Part shown: in pieces, positions 44,890 to 56,334 of the stretch
Position numbering within the stretch: the stretch's first letter is position 1
How the letters are laid out: every line of letters starts with the position of its first letter
Source: Cyanophyceae cyanobacterium
Lineage (GTDB): Bacteria > Cyanobacteriota > Cyanobacteriia > Cyanobacteriales > Laspinemataceae
Direction of reading: 5' to 3'
Length of the DNA stretch: 64,000 bases
NCBI GenBank assembly: GCA_038321985.1
Contig: JBBQFN010000006.1
Span: 96,001 to 160,000 of the forward strand
Notes under the pieces: model-generated
The model's input: only the letters and a program-made list of their open reading frames with translations
Database searches by the model: none
What the model was told of the DNA's origin: nothing
Made by a program: the position numbers and the translations under genes

Positions 44890-45846
44890 TCATTTTTCCG
44901 AGTTTTTATTATAATCTACCCGCCGCATTCTCAGTTGAATATCTTCCAGTAACTTCCGATTAACCGCTAATAAATCAGCAACCAAGCCCAAAATAATCAA
45001 CTGAACACCAATCAGAATTAAAATAGCCGCTAAAATCAAACTCGGAAGCCGGGTCCGGTCAGTCCCCACTAAAAAAAAGCCTAACCATCGAATTCCCAAG
45101 GCAACGCCTAAGCCCAGGGGAAAACTCCCCAGAATCAGGAAGAATCGCAAGGGTTTATAGGTCATGAAAATTCTAAAAATAGTAAAAATAGAACGTTTGA
45201 TATAACTGGGAATACTCTTAACTAATCGAGAGGGTCGTAGCTCGCCATTCGTTCGGATGGGGACTGAAGTAATCCCCATTCCTTTCTGTCCTGCTTGAAT
45301 AATTGTTTCTAACGTATAGGTATATTGATTAAAGACATTTAACTGCATCGCCGCTTCACGACTAAAAGCCCGAAATCCGCTAGGAGCATCGGGTATTCTC
45401 GTATTACTAGCTAGACGCACGACCCAACTGCCCAGCCGTTGCAATAATTTTTTGGTCGGGGAAAAATGCTCGATATCTTGAATCGGACGCGCACCGATGA
45501 CAATTTCCGCATTTCCTAAGAGAATCGGTTGAATCAAAGTGGGGATATCTTCAGCACAATATTGATTGTCAGCATCGGTATTTACAATAATATCCGCTCC
45601 GGCTTTGAGAGAGCCTTCCAACCCCGCCATAAATGCTTTTGCCAACCCTTGATTCTTACTAAGACGAACAATATGTTCAACGCCACAAGATTTGGCAACT
45701 TCAACGGTGCGATCGCGACTGCCATCGTCAATCACCAACCACTCAATTTTATCAATACCCGGTAGCTGACGGGGGAGTTGGCTGAGGGTAAGTCCCAGAG
45801 TCCGTTCTTCGTTATAACAGGGAATTTGAATGATTAATTTTATCAT
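44890..45846 (-). CDS. GT2 glycosyltransferase (DPM-synthase-like) with C-terminal TMs
   Basis: IPCYNEE, IDDGSRD, TDADNQY, SGFRAF. Confidence 0.92.
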   Translation of the reverse strand: MIKLIIQIPCYNEERTLGLTLSQLPRQLPGIDKIEWLVIDDGSRDRTVEVAKSCGVEHIVRLSKNQGLAKAFMAGLEGSLKAGADIIVNTDADNQYCAEDIPTLIQPILLGNAEIVIGARPIQDIEHFSPTKKLLQRLGSWVVRLASNTRIPDAPSGFRAFSREAAMQLNVFNQYTYTLETIIQAGQKGMGITSVPIRTNGELRPSRLVKSIPSYIKRSIFTIFRIFMTYKPLRFFLILGSFPLGLGVALGIRWLGFFLVGTDRTRLPSLILAAILILIGVQLIILGLVADLLAVNRKLLEDIQLRMRRVDYNKNSEK

Positions 45847-46163
45847 AGAACCCTTTAGAGTTTAGCGCTTAGATTTTAGCGTTTAGATGCCCGATCTGGA
45901 TGAAGAAATTGGGGGAGTACGGGAAAAAGTAGCTCTCGTATCCTGGCGATCGCACTGCTGCGAGCAATTGGCGCGATTAGCGCCGGGTCCTGGGGGACAG
46001 TCGGGAAGCCTCACGAAGCCAGGTTACTTCGCTTGAGCCAAGTAACCCACAAAAAGGAGGGATAGACTTCTCCCCTCCTCGGGATCTTCCCAATCTGCTA
46101 TGATTAAAACGGCTTGAAACTCAAGTACCAAACCATACACCCGCTCACTGCAACAGACAGATT

Positions 46164-46502
46164 ATGCCGCTCTATACTTATTTCTGTCCTAGTACCAATC
46201 AAAAACTGGACGTAACTCACTCCATTAAAGATAAAGCGCAAACTTGGGGAGAATTATGTCAGTTGGCAAACCTCGAACCCGGTGAGACGCCTCTATCTAC
46301 GCCGGTGCGTCGTCTGATCAGCGCCCCTGCGGTGATGTTCCCCACCGGCAACAGCGAACTCAAAAGCAACGGGTTCAGCAAGTTGGTGAAGCGGGAAGAT
46401 GGGGTTTATGAAAATGTAACGGCAACCGATGGAGAAAGCCGGATTGTTCGACCCGGCGATCGCAGCACTTATCCGGATTTAAAGAAGAAAATACCCGATT
46501 AA
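46164..46502 (+). CDS. FmdB-like zinc-ribbon protein
   Basis: MPLYTYFC...H...WGELC...VRRLIS. Confidence 0.7.
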   Translation: MPLYTYFCPSTNQKLDVTHSIKDKAQTWGELCQLANLEPGETPLSTPVRRLISAPAVMFPTGNSELKSNGFSKLVKREDGVYENVTATDGESRIVRPGDRSTYPDLKKKIPD

Positions 46503-46801
46503 AGTAGTATAATCATAGATCCCTTAACTTTGAGTACCTAAAAGCTGAGTTTAAATGATTCAGCTCTAGTTTTTAATGGCGATTTTTAAGGGGTATTTTT
46601 AATGGCGATCGCCGTAAACTCCCCTCTAGCATCACGAGTAGATAAAGATTGCCCTAAAATTTGCAGCCTAAAGCAATTATTTCAAAATCAGCTTTTTTTG
46701 TAAATCCAGCCATTTGATAAAATTTGACCTATATTTAAGAACAAGTACAAAGTCATAGAGTCTTTGTATTCCGGGGCCTTATTGTATATCGGAAACAACT
46801 C

Positions 46802-48385
46802 ATGCGTGTCTTACTTTTATATCCACTTTTTCCCAAAAGTTTCTGGTCCTTTGAAAAAGCCTTAGCTTTAGTCGATCGCAAAGCCCTACTGCCGCCCCTG
46901 TGTTTGATCACCGTGGCTGCATTATTACCTCAGGAATGGGAATACAAACTGGCTGATCGCAATATTCGCCATATCACAGAGGAAGAATGGGAGTGGGCGG
47001 ATTTGGTGATTTTATCCGCCATGATCGTTCAACAAGAAGATTTTCTGGCCCTGATTCGAGAAGCTAAACAACGCGGGAAACAGGTCGCTGTGGGTGGCCC
47101 TTATGTTACCTCTATACCGGATGAGGCAAAAGCAGCCGGTGCCGATTATCTCATTGTAGACGAAGGGGAAATCACCCTGCCGATGTTTGTTGAAGCCTTA
47201 GAACGGGGGGAAAAAACCGGCACTTTTAGCGCTGATGGGGAAAAAGCAGACGTCACTCAAACACCGATCCCCCGCTTTGATTTATTGGATCGGTATGCTT
47301 ATGATACGATGGCGATCCAGTTTTCGCGGGGTTGTCCTTTTCAATGTGAATTCTGCGATATTATTGTTCTCTACGGACGTAAATCTCGCACTAAAAACCC
47401 TGCCCAAATATTAGCAGAACTCGATCGCATCTTGGAATTGGGGTTCACTCAAGCGGTTTTTCTTGTAGATGACAACTTTATTGGCAATAAGCGCAACGTT
47501 AAACTATTGCTTAAAGAGTTAAAAGCATGGCAAGAAAAAAATCACTATCCTTTCCGCTTAATTACCGAAGCCTCGGTAGATTTGGCCCAAGATGCAGAAT
47601 TGCTAGACATGATGGTGGATTGCAATTTCTATGTGGTCTTTTTAGGAATTGAAACCCCCGATGAAGAAAGTTTAACCCTCACTAAAAAGTTTCAAAATAC
47701 CCGAGATTCCCTCAGTGATTCAGTCCAAGCCATTACCAAAGCGGGAATGCGCGTGATGGCCGGATTTATTATTGGCTTTGATGGAGAAAAACCGGGGGCA
47801 GGCGATCGCATCGTCCAGTTTGTGGAAAACACCTCGATTCCAATGGCAATGTTCAGTATGTTGCAAGCCCTTCCCAATACGGCCCTCTGGCATCGGTTAC
47901 AGAAAGAAGGGCGATTAAATACTGAAATTGCCAACGGTAACCAAACTACTTTAATGAATTTTATTCCCACCCGCCCCCTGGAAGAAATTGCCCGAGAATA
48001 TATAGATGGATTTTGGAAACTGTACGATGCTCAACCTTATTTAGACCGCACTTATCGTCATTTTATGATGATGGGAAAACCCCGCAATCCAGTCCCCCGG
48101 CGTCGCATGAACTGGCCTACTGTTCGGGCATTTTTCACCATTTGCTGGCGGCAAGGAATGGTTCGTTCAACCCGTGGGAAATTTTGGATTTATTTGTTTA
48201 ATATTCTCCGTCACAATCCCGGAGTAGTGGATCATTATTTAGCGGTGTGCGGACTCTTTGAACACTTTGGCGAATATCGGACCATTGTGCGAGACCAAAT
48301 TGAAAGTCAACTGGCTGAATATTTAGCCTTACAACAAGAGAGTGAAGCCTATAAAGCTGACCGAGAAGAGTCCGTGTTGGCTTAA
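46802..48385 (+). CDS. B12-binding radical SAM protein (DUF4070 tail)
   Basis: VAVGGPY, RGCPFQCEFC, VDDNFIG. Confidence 0.92.
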   Translation: MRVLLLYPLFPKSFWSFEKALALVDRKALLPPLCLITVAALLPQEWEYKLADRNIRHITEEEWEWADLVILSAMIVQQEDFLALIREAKQRGKQVAVGGPYVTSIPDEAKAAGADYLIVDEGEITLPMFVEALERGEKTGTFSADGEKADVTQTPIPRFDLLDRYAYDTMAIQFSRGCPFQCEFCDIIVLYGRKSRTKNPAQILAELDRILELGFTQAVFLVDDNFIGNKRNVKLLLKELKAWQEKNHYPFRLITEASVDLAQDAELLDMMVDCNFYVVFLGIETPDEESLTLTKKFQNTRDSLSDSVQAITKAGMRVMAGFIIGFDGEKPGAGDRIVQFVENTSIPMAMFSMLQALPNTALWHRLQKEGRLNTEIANGNQTTLMNFIPTRPLEEIAREYIDGFWKLYDAQPYLDRTYRHFMMMGKPRNPVPRRRMNWPTVRAFFTICWRQGMVRSTRGKFWIYLFNILRHNPGVVDHYLAVCGLFEHFGEYRTIVRDQIESQLAEYLALQQESEAYKADREESVLA

Positions 48386-48450
48386 TTACAAAGTGTCAAA
48401 TGGGGTGCGTGATAGCTGAACGCACCCGAAATTTTTATCCATCTTTCCGA

Positions 48451-48924
48451 TTAGCGATCGCTTGGATTAAGCTGAAGCATTGCCCAAGTCGTATAAGTAC
48501 CAATTGGACTCCAAATCATATAAGGGATTAATAACACGACTGCCCACATTGAAATCGGCCAAACACTCAATGCTAACAAATAACTGAGTAAGGCTCCGGT
48601 CCCGCCAATAATCGTCCCCACCATCAGGCTTTTAAGTTTGCACATTACCGGGGTATAAGAAATGGTAACTATTTCCAGAATCAAATAAAACGCCATTAAA
48701 ACCCAGGTCAGTTTACTGCCTGGATCCGCTTCCCAAACCAGATAAGCGGACCAACCGGCACAAATAAAAATTACACTCCAAATAATCGGAATTGCCCGTT
48801 CAAAGGTCAACCATCGCGGACGCTGCAAGCGATTAAACCAGCTAATATCCGCCCCAGTCAAAGCACTACCCAGACCCGCTACCAATGTGCCGACGACTGC
48901 TATAACGATCCAAGATTTTATCAT
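48451..48924 (-). CDS. TspO/MBR family protein
   Basis: WFNRLQRPRW...IPIIW...LIPYMIW; Trp-rich TMs. Confidence 0.85.
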   Translation of the reverse strand: MIKSWIVIAVVGTLVAGLGSALTGADISWFNRLQRPRWLTFERAIPIIWSVIFICAGWSAYLVWEADPGSKLTWVLMAFYLILEIVTISYTPVMCKLKSLMVGTIIGGTGALLSYLLALSVWPISMWAVVLLIPYMIWSPIGTYTTWAMLQLNPSDR

Positions 48925-49051
48925 ACCTCTACCCCCTCCATTTCGGTTTATATTTTCTTCTTTAGTATATCCTTAATTTGGGGGGTTTAGTCAATAATTG
49001 CTGTTGTTTCAATCAAGAAATTGCTTCGGTGGTTACTCCGAATTGGAGAAA

Positions 49052-50650
49052 TTACCCGAGGGAGTACATCCAGCCATCTCGGGCGCAAATTCTGATAATA
49101 CCGTCCCAGACAATTGGGGTGGATTCAAAGGAAATACCGGGTAAAAAATGTTCCGCTTTTTCCACCGTTAAACGATAAAATTGGCCTTTTTGATTAGGAA
49201 CAGCGTTAGGGCGATCGCCTTCTGTTTCTTCAAAGTGTAAATTAAATAAATACACTCCATTATATCCAGCCGCGATCAGTTTATTGCCATCGGTAAAAAT
49301 CGGAGTAGAAATAGAACCTCCAATATTAGTTTGAAATAAAATCAAGGGCGTGTCATAGTCTTTTTTGAGCCAAGGTCCTTTAACTTTTTGTCCCGTTACT
49401 TGAGTTTGTGACCCGATATAAAAGTTACCATCAATGGCACTGGTGGCAAACAAGGGGGGAAATTCTCCGTCCGGGTTATATTCATCATTGAGGGCTGTTG
49501 ACCCCACAATCCCTCCTCGCCAGCCGCTAAAGTTGCGATTATCCGTGGGGAAAAACCAGTCTATAGCGTTCTCTTCAGGTTGGGTTGGATTAAGTTTAAA
49601 TACGCCCCCTTTACCCGGAATATATTGTTTTTCAATGGCACAAAAAAGTTTTTTATCTTTGGAAATCACCACGCTGCCATCAATATCAGACCCGGTAAAA
49701 AAATTCCAGACAATTTCTCGGCTTTCTAAATTAATGCCATAAATATGACCGGAACCGGCCGCTATAAATATGGTATTATCGAGTCGGGCGGGGGAAGATT
49801 CGGTGACGATATTGCCCCCCTGACGGAGACTATCTCGGCTTTCATAAAGTTGAACTTCAGCTAAAATTTCCGGTTGGCGAATGCCAGATTTGAGGGTAGC
49901 AGCATTGGTGGTACTATTCAAAAAATAACCAATGCTATTTTCTCCGGCATTGAATAAGACGCCGTTGCCTAAATCCAAGGCGCTGCTATCGTTATCTCGG
50001 CTATAACTGGCGGTTTTTCTAATATCTAGTTTCCAGAGTTCTTTCCCTGTTCTAAAGGAAATGGCGCGAAAGCTGGGGATAGGACCGGAGGAGGTGAGGG
50101 AATTATGAATTCCTAAACGACTCCCTTGTAAGACAACAAGGCGATTCTCTTCGGTGGCATTTTCATCGATATAAATACTGCTGCTTCCTTTAAGGACATC
50201 ATCAAACTGATAAGTCCAAACCACTTGGTGAGTTTCAATATCAATTTTTCTTAAACTGTGGTTGTATGCACCAATGGTTAAATAAATTTTGCCTCCGTCT
50301 CGGGTTAGGGTGGGTTGTCCCGTCCATCCGGCACCACTCCAGGTTTTCCAGATGCCGACTCGGGTTTTGCCGGTTCCCAGAGCAAATTTATCGAGGAGAT
50401 TTAACCCTCGGGGAATCCCTCTGCCATAAAATCGGCGTTGGTCATTTCCGAGAAAGGTAGGGATTAATAATTCCGTATCTGGGGACAGTCCGGCGATCGC
50501 CTGGTTGACGGTTTCGGTAACCCTGGGTAACAGATTTTTGGGAGGTTGGTTCGGGGTTTTACCTCCACATCCTTGTAGAACGGTCGGCCCCAAAGAACCC
50601 ATTAAAAATAGAAGCGCGTTTTTGTTGAAGGTTCGCCGGTTAAAAGTCAT
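49052..50650 (-). CDS. Tat lipoprotein, PQQ-like beta-propeller
   Basis: NRRTF twin-arginine motif and LQGC lipobox; GWTGQP, G.ELWK, ESTP repeats. Confidence 0.7.
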   Translation of the reverse strand: MTFNRRTFNKNALLFLMGSLGPTVLQGCGGKTPNQPPKNLLPRVTETVNQAIAGLSPDTELLIPTFLGNDQRRFYGRGIPRGLNLLDKFALGTGKTRVGIWKTWSGAGWTGQPTLTRDGGKIYLTIGAYNHSLRKIDIETHQVVWTYQFDDVLKGSSSIYIDENATEENRLVVLQGSRLGIHNSLTSSGPIPSFRAISFRTGKELWKLDIRKTASYSRDNDSSALDLGNGVLFNAGENSIGYFLNSTTNAATLKSGIRQPEILAEVQLYESRDSLRQGGNIVTESSPARLDNTIFIAAGSGHIYGINLESREIVWNFFTGSDIDGSVVISKDKKLFCAIEKQYIPGKGGVFKLNPTQPEENAIDWFFPTDNRNFSGWRGGIVGSTALNDEYNPDGEFPPLFATSAIDGNFYIGSQTQVTGQKVKGPWLKKDYDTPLILFQTNIGGSISTPIFTDGNKLIAAGYNGVYLFNLHFEETEGDRPNAVPNQKGQFYRLTVEKAEHFLPGISFESTPIVWDGIIRICARDGWMYSLG

Positions 50651-51057
50651 GGGTAAAAAACCTAAAAAATTAGGAAATGGGGACCGATCGCCTCAGGATG
50701 GACAAATTAGCAGGACCTTATCTGATAGCATCGGAGGCGATCGCTTACAGTGAACAGTCAGTTAAAAGACTTTTTTTTGGGGTTAAAATTGAGAATGACG
50801 ATATCATCCTACCGGAAACTGCAATGAAACTGTTAGGGGCGATGGAACTGTTGAGGTCTAGCAACGTCTACAAATTCTATATTGTGAGTCAATAGACCGC
50901 ATGGAAAAATTACAATGAAACTCCCCCAGCCCCTTTTATTAAATGGCTTTCGTGGACAGAGGTTCTCTGATAGAAGAAAACTTTGGCAAGACGGGGGGAG
51001 TTCGGAAATTATGCAATGGGTCTAATATTTTGATTGAATACCACGAGTGTTAAAGGG

Positions 51058-52020
51058 ATGAAAGCACAGAGGTTATTATTGAGTATTGTCACTGCTGGGG
51101 CGATCGCCATGAATGGTCTGGTCACGCCTCCATTACCTACCGTTGCCGCCGAATTTAGTGCGGACGAACAAAGTAGTATCAATGTTTACCAACAGGCAAG
51201 TCCTTCGGTGGTGACGATCCGCATTGGCCGCAGTGGTGGATCCGGGAGTATCATCAGTGCCGATGGCCTAGTCTTAACGAATGATCACGTCGTGGGGTCG
51301 GCGCGTAATGGGCGCGTGGAGGTGGTCACCAGTACGGGGCAGACTTACATCGGCGACGTGATTGCCAGCGATCGCCGCAATGATTTAGCCTTAGTGCGAC
51401 TCCAAACCAGCGATCGCTTGCCCGCGTTACGGTTGGCAAGTCGAGAGGGGATTCAAATCGGCCAGCGTGTCTATGCGATCGGTAGCCCGTTTGGACTCTC
51501 CGGAACCTTTACCACAGGTATTCTCAGCCGGATTGCCGAAAATGGGGATTTACAAACCGATGCCGCCATCAATCCGGGTAATTCCGGCGGCCCTTTGCTT
51601 AATTCTAATGGAGAACTGATTGGGGTCAATAAGGCAATTTTAAGCGCGGGTCGAGGGGGAAATATTGGGATTGGGTTTGCTACGAGTGCCACTGTTGCCC
51701 AGGATTTCATCGCCTCAAATCGCTCCCGGACCGTGGCCCAGGGGACTTCTAGGACGCCCTCTCCCTCGTCATCTGGCTCAACTTCTCCCCCGCCACGGTT
51801 AGGGGTAGAGGTGAATTCGGGATTAGTGATTCAGTCTGTGGAACGCGGTTCAGTGGCGGCGCAAATTGGCTTGCGGTCCGGCGATCGCTTGGTAGGGGTG
51901 AATGGGACCCGTTTGCAGCGAATTGAACAACTGCTGGCGTTTTTAAATACCCGTCCGGATTCGGCAGTGTTTACCATCAGTCGAGGACGGCGCGTCGCCA
52001 ATGTGCAGGTAAATTTTTAA
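51058..52020 (+). CDS. HtrA/DegP-family protease with PDZ
   Basis: LTNDHV, DLALV, AINPGNSGGPL, PDZ. Confidence 0.93.
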   Translation: MKAQRLLLSIVTAGAIAMNGLVTPPLPTVAAEFSADEQSSINVYQQASPSVVTIRIGRSGGSGSIISADGLVLTNDHVVGSARNGRVEVVTSTGQTYIGDVIASDRRNDLALVRLQTSDRLPALRLASREGIQIGQRVYAIGSPFGLSGTFTTGILSRIAENGDLQTDAAINPGNSGGPLLNSNGELIGVNKAILSAGRGGNIGIGFATSATVAQDFIASNRSRTVAQGTSRTPSPSSSGSTSPPPRLGVEVNSGLVIQSVERGSVAAQIGLRSGDRLVGVNGTRLQRIEQLLAFLNTRPDSAVFTISRGRRVANVQVNF

Positions 52021-52079
52021 GCCGCAGTCGCCGGGGTTCTTCCGAAATGCGATCGTCACAATACTTTGGGTTCAATTAA

Positions 52080-52111
52080 CAAAACCCCAGCAAAATAATG
52101 TTGGGGTTTTG
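52080..52111. terminator. Terminator hairpin between convergent genes
   Basis: CAAAACCCCAGCA...TGTTGGGGTTTTG. Confidence 0.6.
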
Positions 52112-52170
52112 TTGGGGTATTTTAAGGTGAGGAGATGAGCCGGGATTTTTCCCCCTCCGAGAAAACTATT

Positions 52171-52563
52171 TTAGAAGTAGCGGACAATCAGGGGAACTAA
52201 GGCTTCCATGGTTTCTCCCGTCACGAGATCGCGGACTCGGGCTTGACGGAAAGCGGTGCGTCCCGTGTAGGAGAAAATGCTTCGTGAACTCATCTCTCCA
52301 ATTAATTCGACTAATTCATAGCGGCCATCAGAACTGCTGTCTGTGGTCATGATACTCCCACGAGAGGCGCGACCCCCAGTGCGATCGAGAATCACTGGTA
52401 AAGAGCGAATCACGGGGTAGGCTATACCTTCATAGGTTAAGACTTTTTCTGTAAAAGCCTGGAAGGGTCTTTGAGCCGATGCAGCTTGAGGGAAGCTGAA
52501 ACCAGCCGCTAGGGCCAGTCCGATCCCGAATAAAGCGCCTTGAATCTTGACCGAATTTCTCAT
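52171..52563 (-). CDS. Secreted hypothetical protein
   Basis: Signal peptide ending AASA; 130 aa. Confidence 0.6.
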   Translation of the reverse strand: MRNSVKIQGALFGIGLALAAGFSFPQAASAQRPFQAFTEKVLTYEGIAYPVIRSLPVILDRTGGRASRGSIMTTDSSSDGRYELVELIGEMSSRSIFSYTGRTAFRQARVRDLVTGETMEALVPLIVRYF

Positions 52564-52874
52564 GGATTTTAAGGGTAAAGGATAGACGAATAATTACAAA
52601 ATAATCCTTATTTGGCATTTAGCCAAATATCTAGGGCTCTTTTCCCGTGGATTGACCCCCAGAGGATCCGGAAAGTTCCGACAGCTTGATTGGCGGGGTT
52701 TTCACTGGGGGCACTGACCTGCTTCGGGAAGAAAGTTGGGGGTTTTTTTGGATGCGCGGCGATCGCCCTCCCCCAAACCCCGCCAAATTATCAAGAAATA
52801 TTGACTTACCCTTCTGTCCAGAAACCAGCCCAGAAGCTCACTCGCTGGTTTCTCAGGTGCCCAGGGCGAACGGA

Positions 52875-54692
52875 TTATGGGACAGATTGCCAATTTTCAT
52901 TATCAATCAGACTCGGGCGTTCTGCACGATTGGGAAACATTTCCCCGAAACCCCGTTCCCGCTGAACCGGCGTTTCGTCAGACCAATTCCACATACTTTC
53001 ATAGAAAAAGAATGAAACTCCCGCAAACCCTTTTTCCCGAACGACCTCTACCTGTTCTTGAATTTGACTCATCGGAATCGGACGACCTTTTAACCCACTT
53101 AAAATTCCAATCCCCACGGGAATATTTCGCCGTGCAGCTTGCACTTCAGGCCGGTCTAATTCTTCGATAAAGACATTAATATCATTCCGATAGAGTTGTA
53201 AGACAATTTCCTCCACTAATCCCCGTCTTTCCCAGGTTGCCCAATCCGCTAGATAATATTCATAAGAAAACTCTTGGGGATTGGGAGATAAACTAACGAT
53301 CGCCTTGGGTCTTTTTGCTTTAATTTCTCGGAACAGCCTTGCCTTAAATTCCGTGATTTTATCCGCCCGCCAGCGCAACCAAGCCGGATCTTTGGGGTCT
53401 AGCGGGGGGGAATTGCCGTTATGTTCTTTTTTGTAGAGGGTTACGGTATAATCATCATAACCATATTCTGAAGGTAACCCTAAATGGTCATCCAGTTGGA
53501 TGCCATCCACTTCATAATTAGTAACCATTTCTACAATTAAATCGATGATGAACTGTTGGACTTCGGGATGGAAGGGATTAAGCCAAACCCGAGGATGTTC
53601 TCCTTCCATATTAATTTCGGTCCCATCACTGCGCTCAGTAATCCAGTGGGGATGACGGCGAGCTAGTTCTGATTCTGCGGGGGCCATAAAGCCAAATTCA
53701 AACCAAGGAATCACCCGCAATCCATTTTTTTTACCTTCTGCGATCGCCTCTTTGAGCATATCTCGTCCTTGTCCAAGATTGGGGTCAAGGTTGGGATCAA
53801 GGGGAGTGACTAGACGCATCGATTGTCCCGTCGCTCGTTCCGCAACTTTACTTGGATATAAGGTATATCCCCAATTCCAAACTGTGGGATAAACCGTGTT
53901 AAAATTAAGTTCAGCAAGTCGTTTCATTGCCCGTTCTAAGTTGCTTCGGGAAAAGAGAACATCGCTATCAATATTCGTTAACCACACCCCCCGAATTTCT
54001 GAATTGGGGATAGGAATTGGCGCAGTAGCAACATACTGGGAGGGGAGGGGAGAAGTCCGCCCCATCAGGGTTTGACAGAGAAAAGCCGAGACATCTGCAC
54101 GAGTTGCCGCCCGATCGCTCTCCAAACGGCGCAGATTAGGGTAATTAACAATTAGACGTTTTTCAGTTGCTGCCGCAATCGCCCTGCGTGCATAATTAGG
54201 AATCTGTGCCGCATCATCAAACATCTGAGATAGCACCTCCTCCGGTTGCCGTAGCGGGGAATAATTCAATCCACTCACTAAACTCACCCATGCCTGAACC
54301 CGAGGGATATTTTCAGTCGGATTAAAGCGATTTCCCGGATATCCTGACAAAAACCCCCGTTGATAAGCCGTGCGAATCGCAGGAGTTGCCCAATAATTGC
54401 TAGGAACATCCGTAAAAGCAACTGCATCCCGTCCTGCCGCAGCATTAGGAAATGCAACATCCAACATCGTCGCAAATTCTGCTCTTGTCACCGGCGCATT
54501 CGGACGAAATGTACCGTCTTGATACCCATTAATAATCCGCCGAGTTTTCAACGTTTCAATGCAAGATTGCGCCCAATATCCTTGTACATCCCTAAAAGAG
54601 GATTGTCCCTTTGCCGGTAGAGTTACCCCAGGAATCAGAGAGAGACTCAGCAGAAATACCGGGAGAAATTGCTTGTGATGGAACTGAAACAT
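52875..54692 (-). CDS. SLH-domain glycoside hydrolase-like (GHL10) protein
   Basis: Three SLH domains; EIRGVWLTN, IPWFEFG, DGIQLDDH. Confidence 0.9.
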   Translation of the reverse strand: MFQFHHKQFLPVFLLSLSLIPGVTLPAKGQSSFRDVQGYWAQSCIETLKTRRIINGYQDGTFRPNAPVTRAEFATMLDVAFPNAAAGRDAVAFTDVPSNYWATPAIRTAYQRGFLSGYPGNRFNPTENIPRVQAWVSLVSGLNYSPLRQPEEVLSQMFDDAAQIPNYARRAIAAATEKRLIVNYPNLRRLESDRAATRADVSAFLCQTLMGRTSPLPSQYVATAPIPIPNSEIRGVWLTNIDSDVLFSRSNLERAMKRLAELNFNTVYPTVWNWGYTLYPSKVAERATGQSMRLVTPLDPNLDPNLGQGRDMLKEAIAEGKKNGLRVIPWFEFGFMAPAESELARRHPHWITERSDGTEINMEGEHPRVWLNPFHPEVQQFIIDLIVEMVTNYEVDGIQLDDHLGLPSEYGYDDYTVTLYKKEHNGNSPPLDPKDPAWLRWRADKITEFKARLFREIKAKRPKAIVSLSPNPQEFSYEYYLADWATWERRGLVEEIVLQLYRNDINVFIEELDRPEVQAARRNIPVGIGILSGLKGRPIPMSQIQEQVEVVREKGFAGVSFFFYESMWNWSDETPVQRERGFGEMFPNRAERPSLIDNENWQSVP

Positions 54693-55077
54693 AGGTAGAA
54701 AGTCCTGAACAGTTAAAACAGAGGAATCGGGGACTAATTGCCACAGGAGAATCCCATCTAACCATAGTCCTGTCACTATTAGACACCACATTAGAACAGA
54801 TTTCGGGATTCACCCCTTCCCATAAACCCCAATCCCAGTTAGTAGTAATGACTTTAGTCGTTCTCCCCAAGGGTTGCAAAAACCAGGGGGACTTTCCAGG
54901 TCCCTCCCTTTATTTAAGCGGGGCTAGGGGGAGCGAATAGACGTATTTCATGAATGGGAAAATTGCTATAGTTTTATAGGGTAACGGGCTTGAGTTTAGA
55001 TTCAATAATTAGAGTCAATAAAAGGCATCCGGGGGTAAATTTATTCTAAATGTGAGAATAAGATGCCTTAAAATAAC

Positions 55078-55102
55078 AAAAGGTAGGCAATGCCTACCTT
55101 TT
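55078..55102. repeat. Palindromic repeat/terminator
   Basis: AAAAGGTAGGCA-A-TGCCTACCTTTT. Confidence 0.6.
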
Positions 55103-55240
55103 AAATCTACTATATCCGTTTGCAGGGACTTTTTTAGGGGTTTGATAAAGGATAATCAGGGACAATAACAACCAACCGGCGGGGATTTGAACCCCCAGCG
55201 GTTGTGACCCTTTGGAAAAATGTCTGAAGAGAAGGTGGAT

Positions 55241-55984
55241 TTATAACAAACCATCCAGTTCTAATTCTTCGATGGTTTGTAGTCCGCGTGGATCTCCGAC
55301 TCTTAATAATGAGGCTTTGGCATCTTCCCGAACGCCCATGTCTTCGTCTTCTTCTAGGACTTCAATAAGGGAATCGATCGCACCGGCATAGACTACATTA
55401 GAAGGGAGTTCGCGACACAGTTGCCCGATCGCCCAGGCACAGTTACTTCGGACTGCGGCTATGGGATCGGTTCGTAGGCTGAAGATGAGGGGGGGAATGG
55501 CACAAATGACTAGATCGAAGCCGACGCTAGCCAGTTGACCCAAGGAACTGGCGGCCCACAAGCGGACAGCGGAAATATCAGTTTTGAGGGCATCCAGGAG
55601 AGGGTCGAGGGCGCGGCGATCGCCACAATTTCCCAATGCCCAAACCACACCCTTTCTAACGTAGCCGTTCCAATCCAACTTCAGCCGGTCAATTAGGGGT
55701 TCGACGGCATCGGGACTGGTATTGCGTCCGAGGGCGTAGGCGGAACTGACCCGAACTAGGGGACAAGGGTCGCTTAACAGATGGATCAGGTGAGGGATGG
55801 CGCGTTCATCCTGGATTTCACAGAATGCCCGCGTCGCGATCATTCGCTGTTCGGGAACAGATGACACTAACAATAGCAACATTTTCTCGGGATCCGGCTT
55901 GGGGGCGGGTGCCTCATCCAAATGATCCAGAGGGCTTTCTAGGTCATCATTGAGATTAAGTGCGCTCAGGTCACGGTCGTACAT
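55241..55984 (-). CDS. HEAT-repeat protein (PBS lyase-like)
   Basis: Repeated VR..AA.ALG units. Confidence 0.88.
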   Translation of the reverse strand: MYDRDLSALNLNDDLESPLDHLDEAPAPKPDPEKMLLLLVSSVPEQRMIATRAFCEIQDERAIPHLIHLLSDPCPLVRVSSAYALGRNTSPDAVEPLIDRLKLDWNGYVRKGVVWALGNCGDRRALDPLLDALKTDISAVRLWAASSLGQLASVGFDLVICAIPPLIFSLRTDPIAAVRSNCAWAIGQLCRELPSNVVYAGAIDSLIEVLEEDEDMGVREDAKASLLRVGDPRGLQTIEELELDGLL

Positions 55985-56334
55985 AACCGTATTTTACCAT
56001 AAATGTCATTTATCCTTAACAGGTAAGGAACAGGGAGACCGGAACTTAAGGACCGTTTCTTTAAGGGGATGAATTCGGGGGAAGGATTTAAGGGATGGCA
56101 CTGGAGGATCCGCTAGAGGAGTGAGTCTCCTGAACCCGGTTTTTGCAAGAAGGGGTTTTTTATGGAGGGGCCTATTTAAAGCTCTTTTTTTTTGGTTAGG
56201 GTTAGGGTCAATCAATCTGGTTCTACACCACCCCCAAAATTCGTACAAAAAATAGAGGCACCCTAGTGCCTCTATGGATTGCTAGTTGGAACTATCTAGC
56301 CCAAACTGCAATTTTTTATAACTCGATGGTTAAT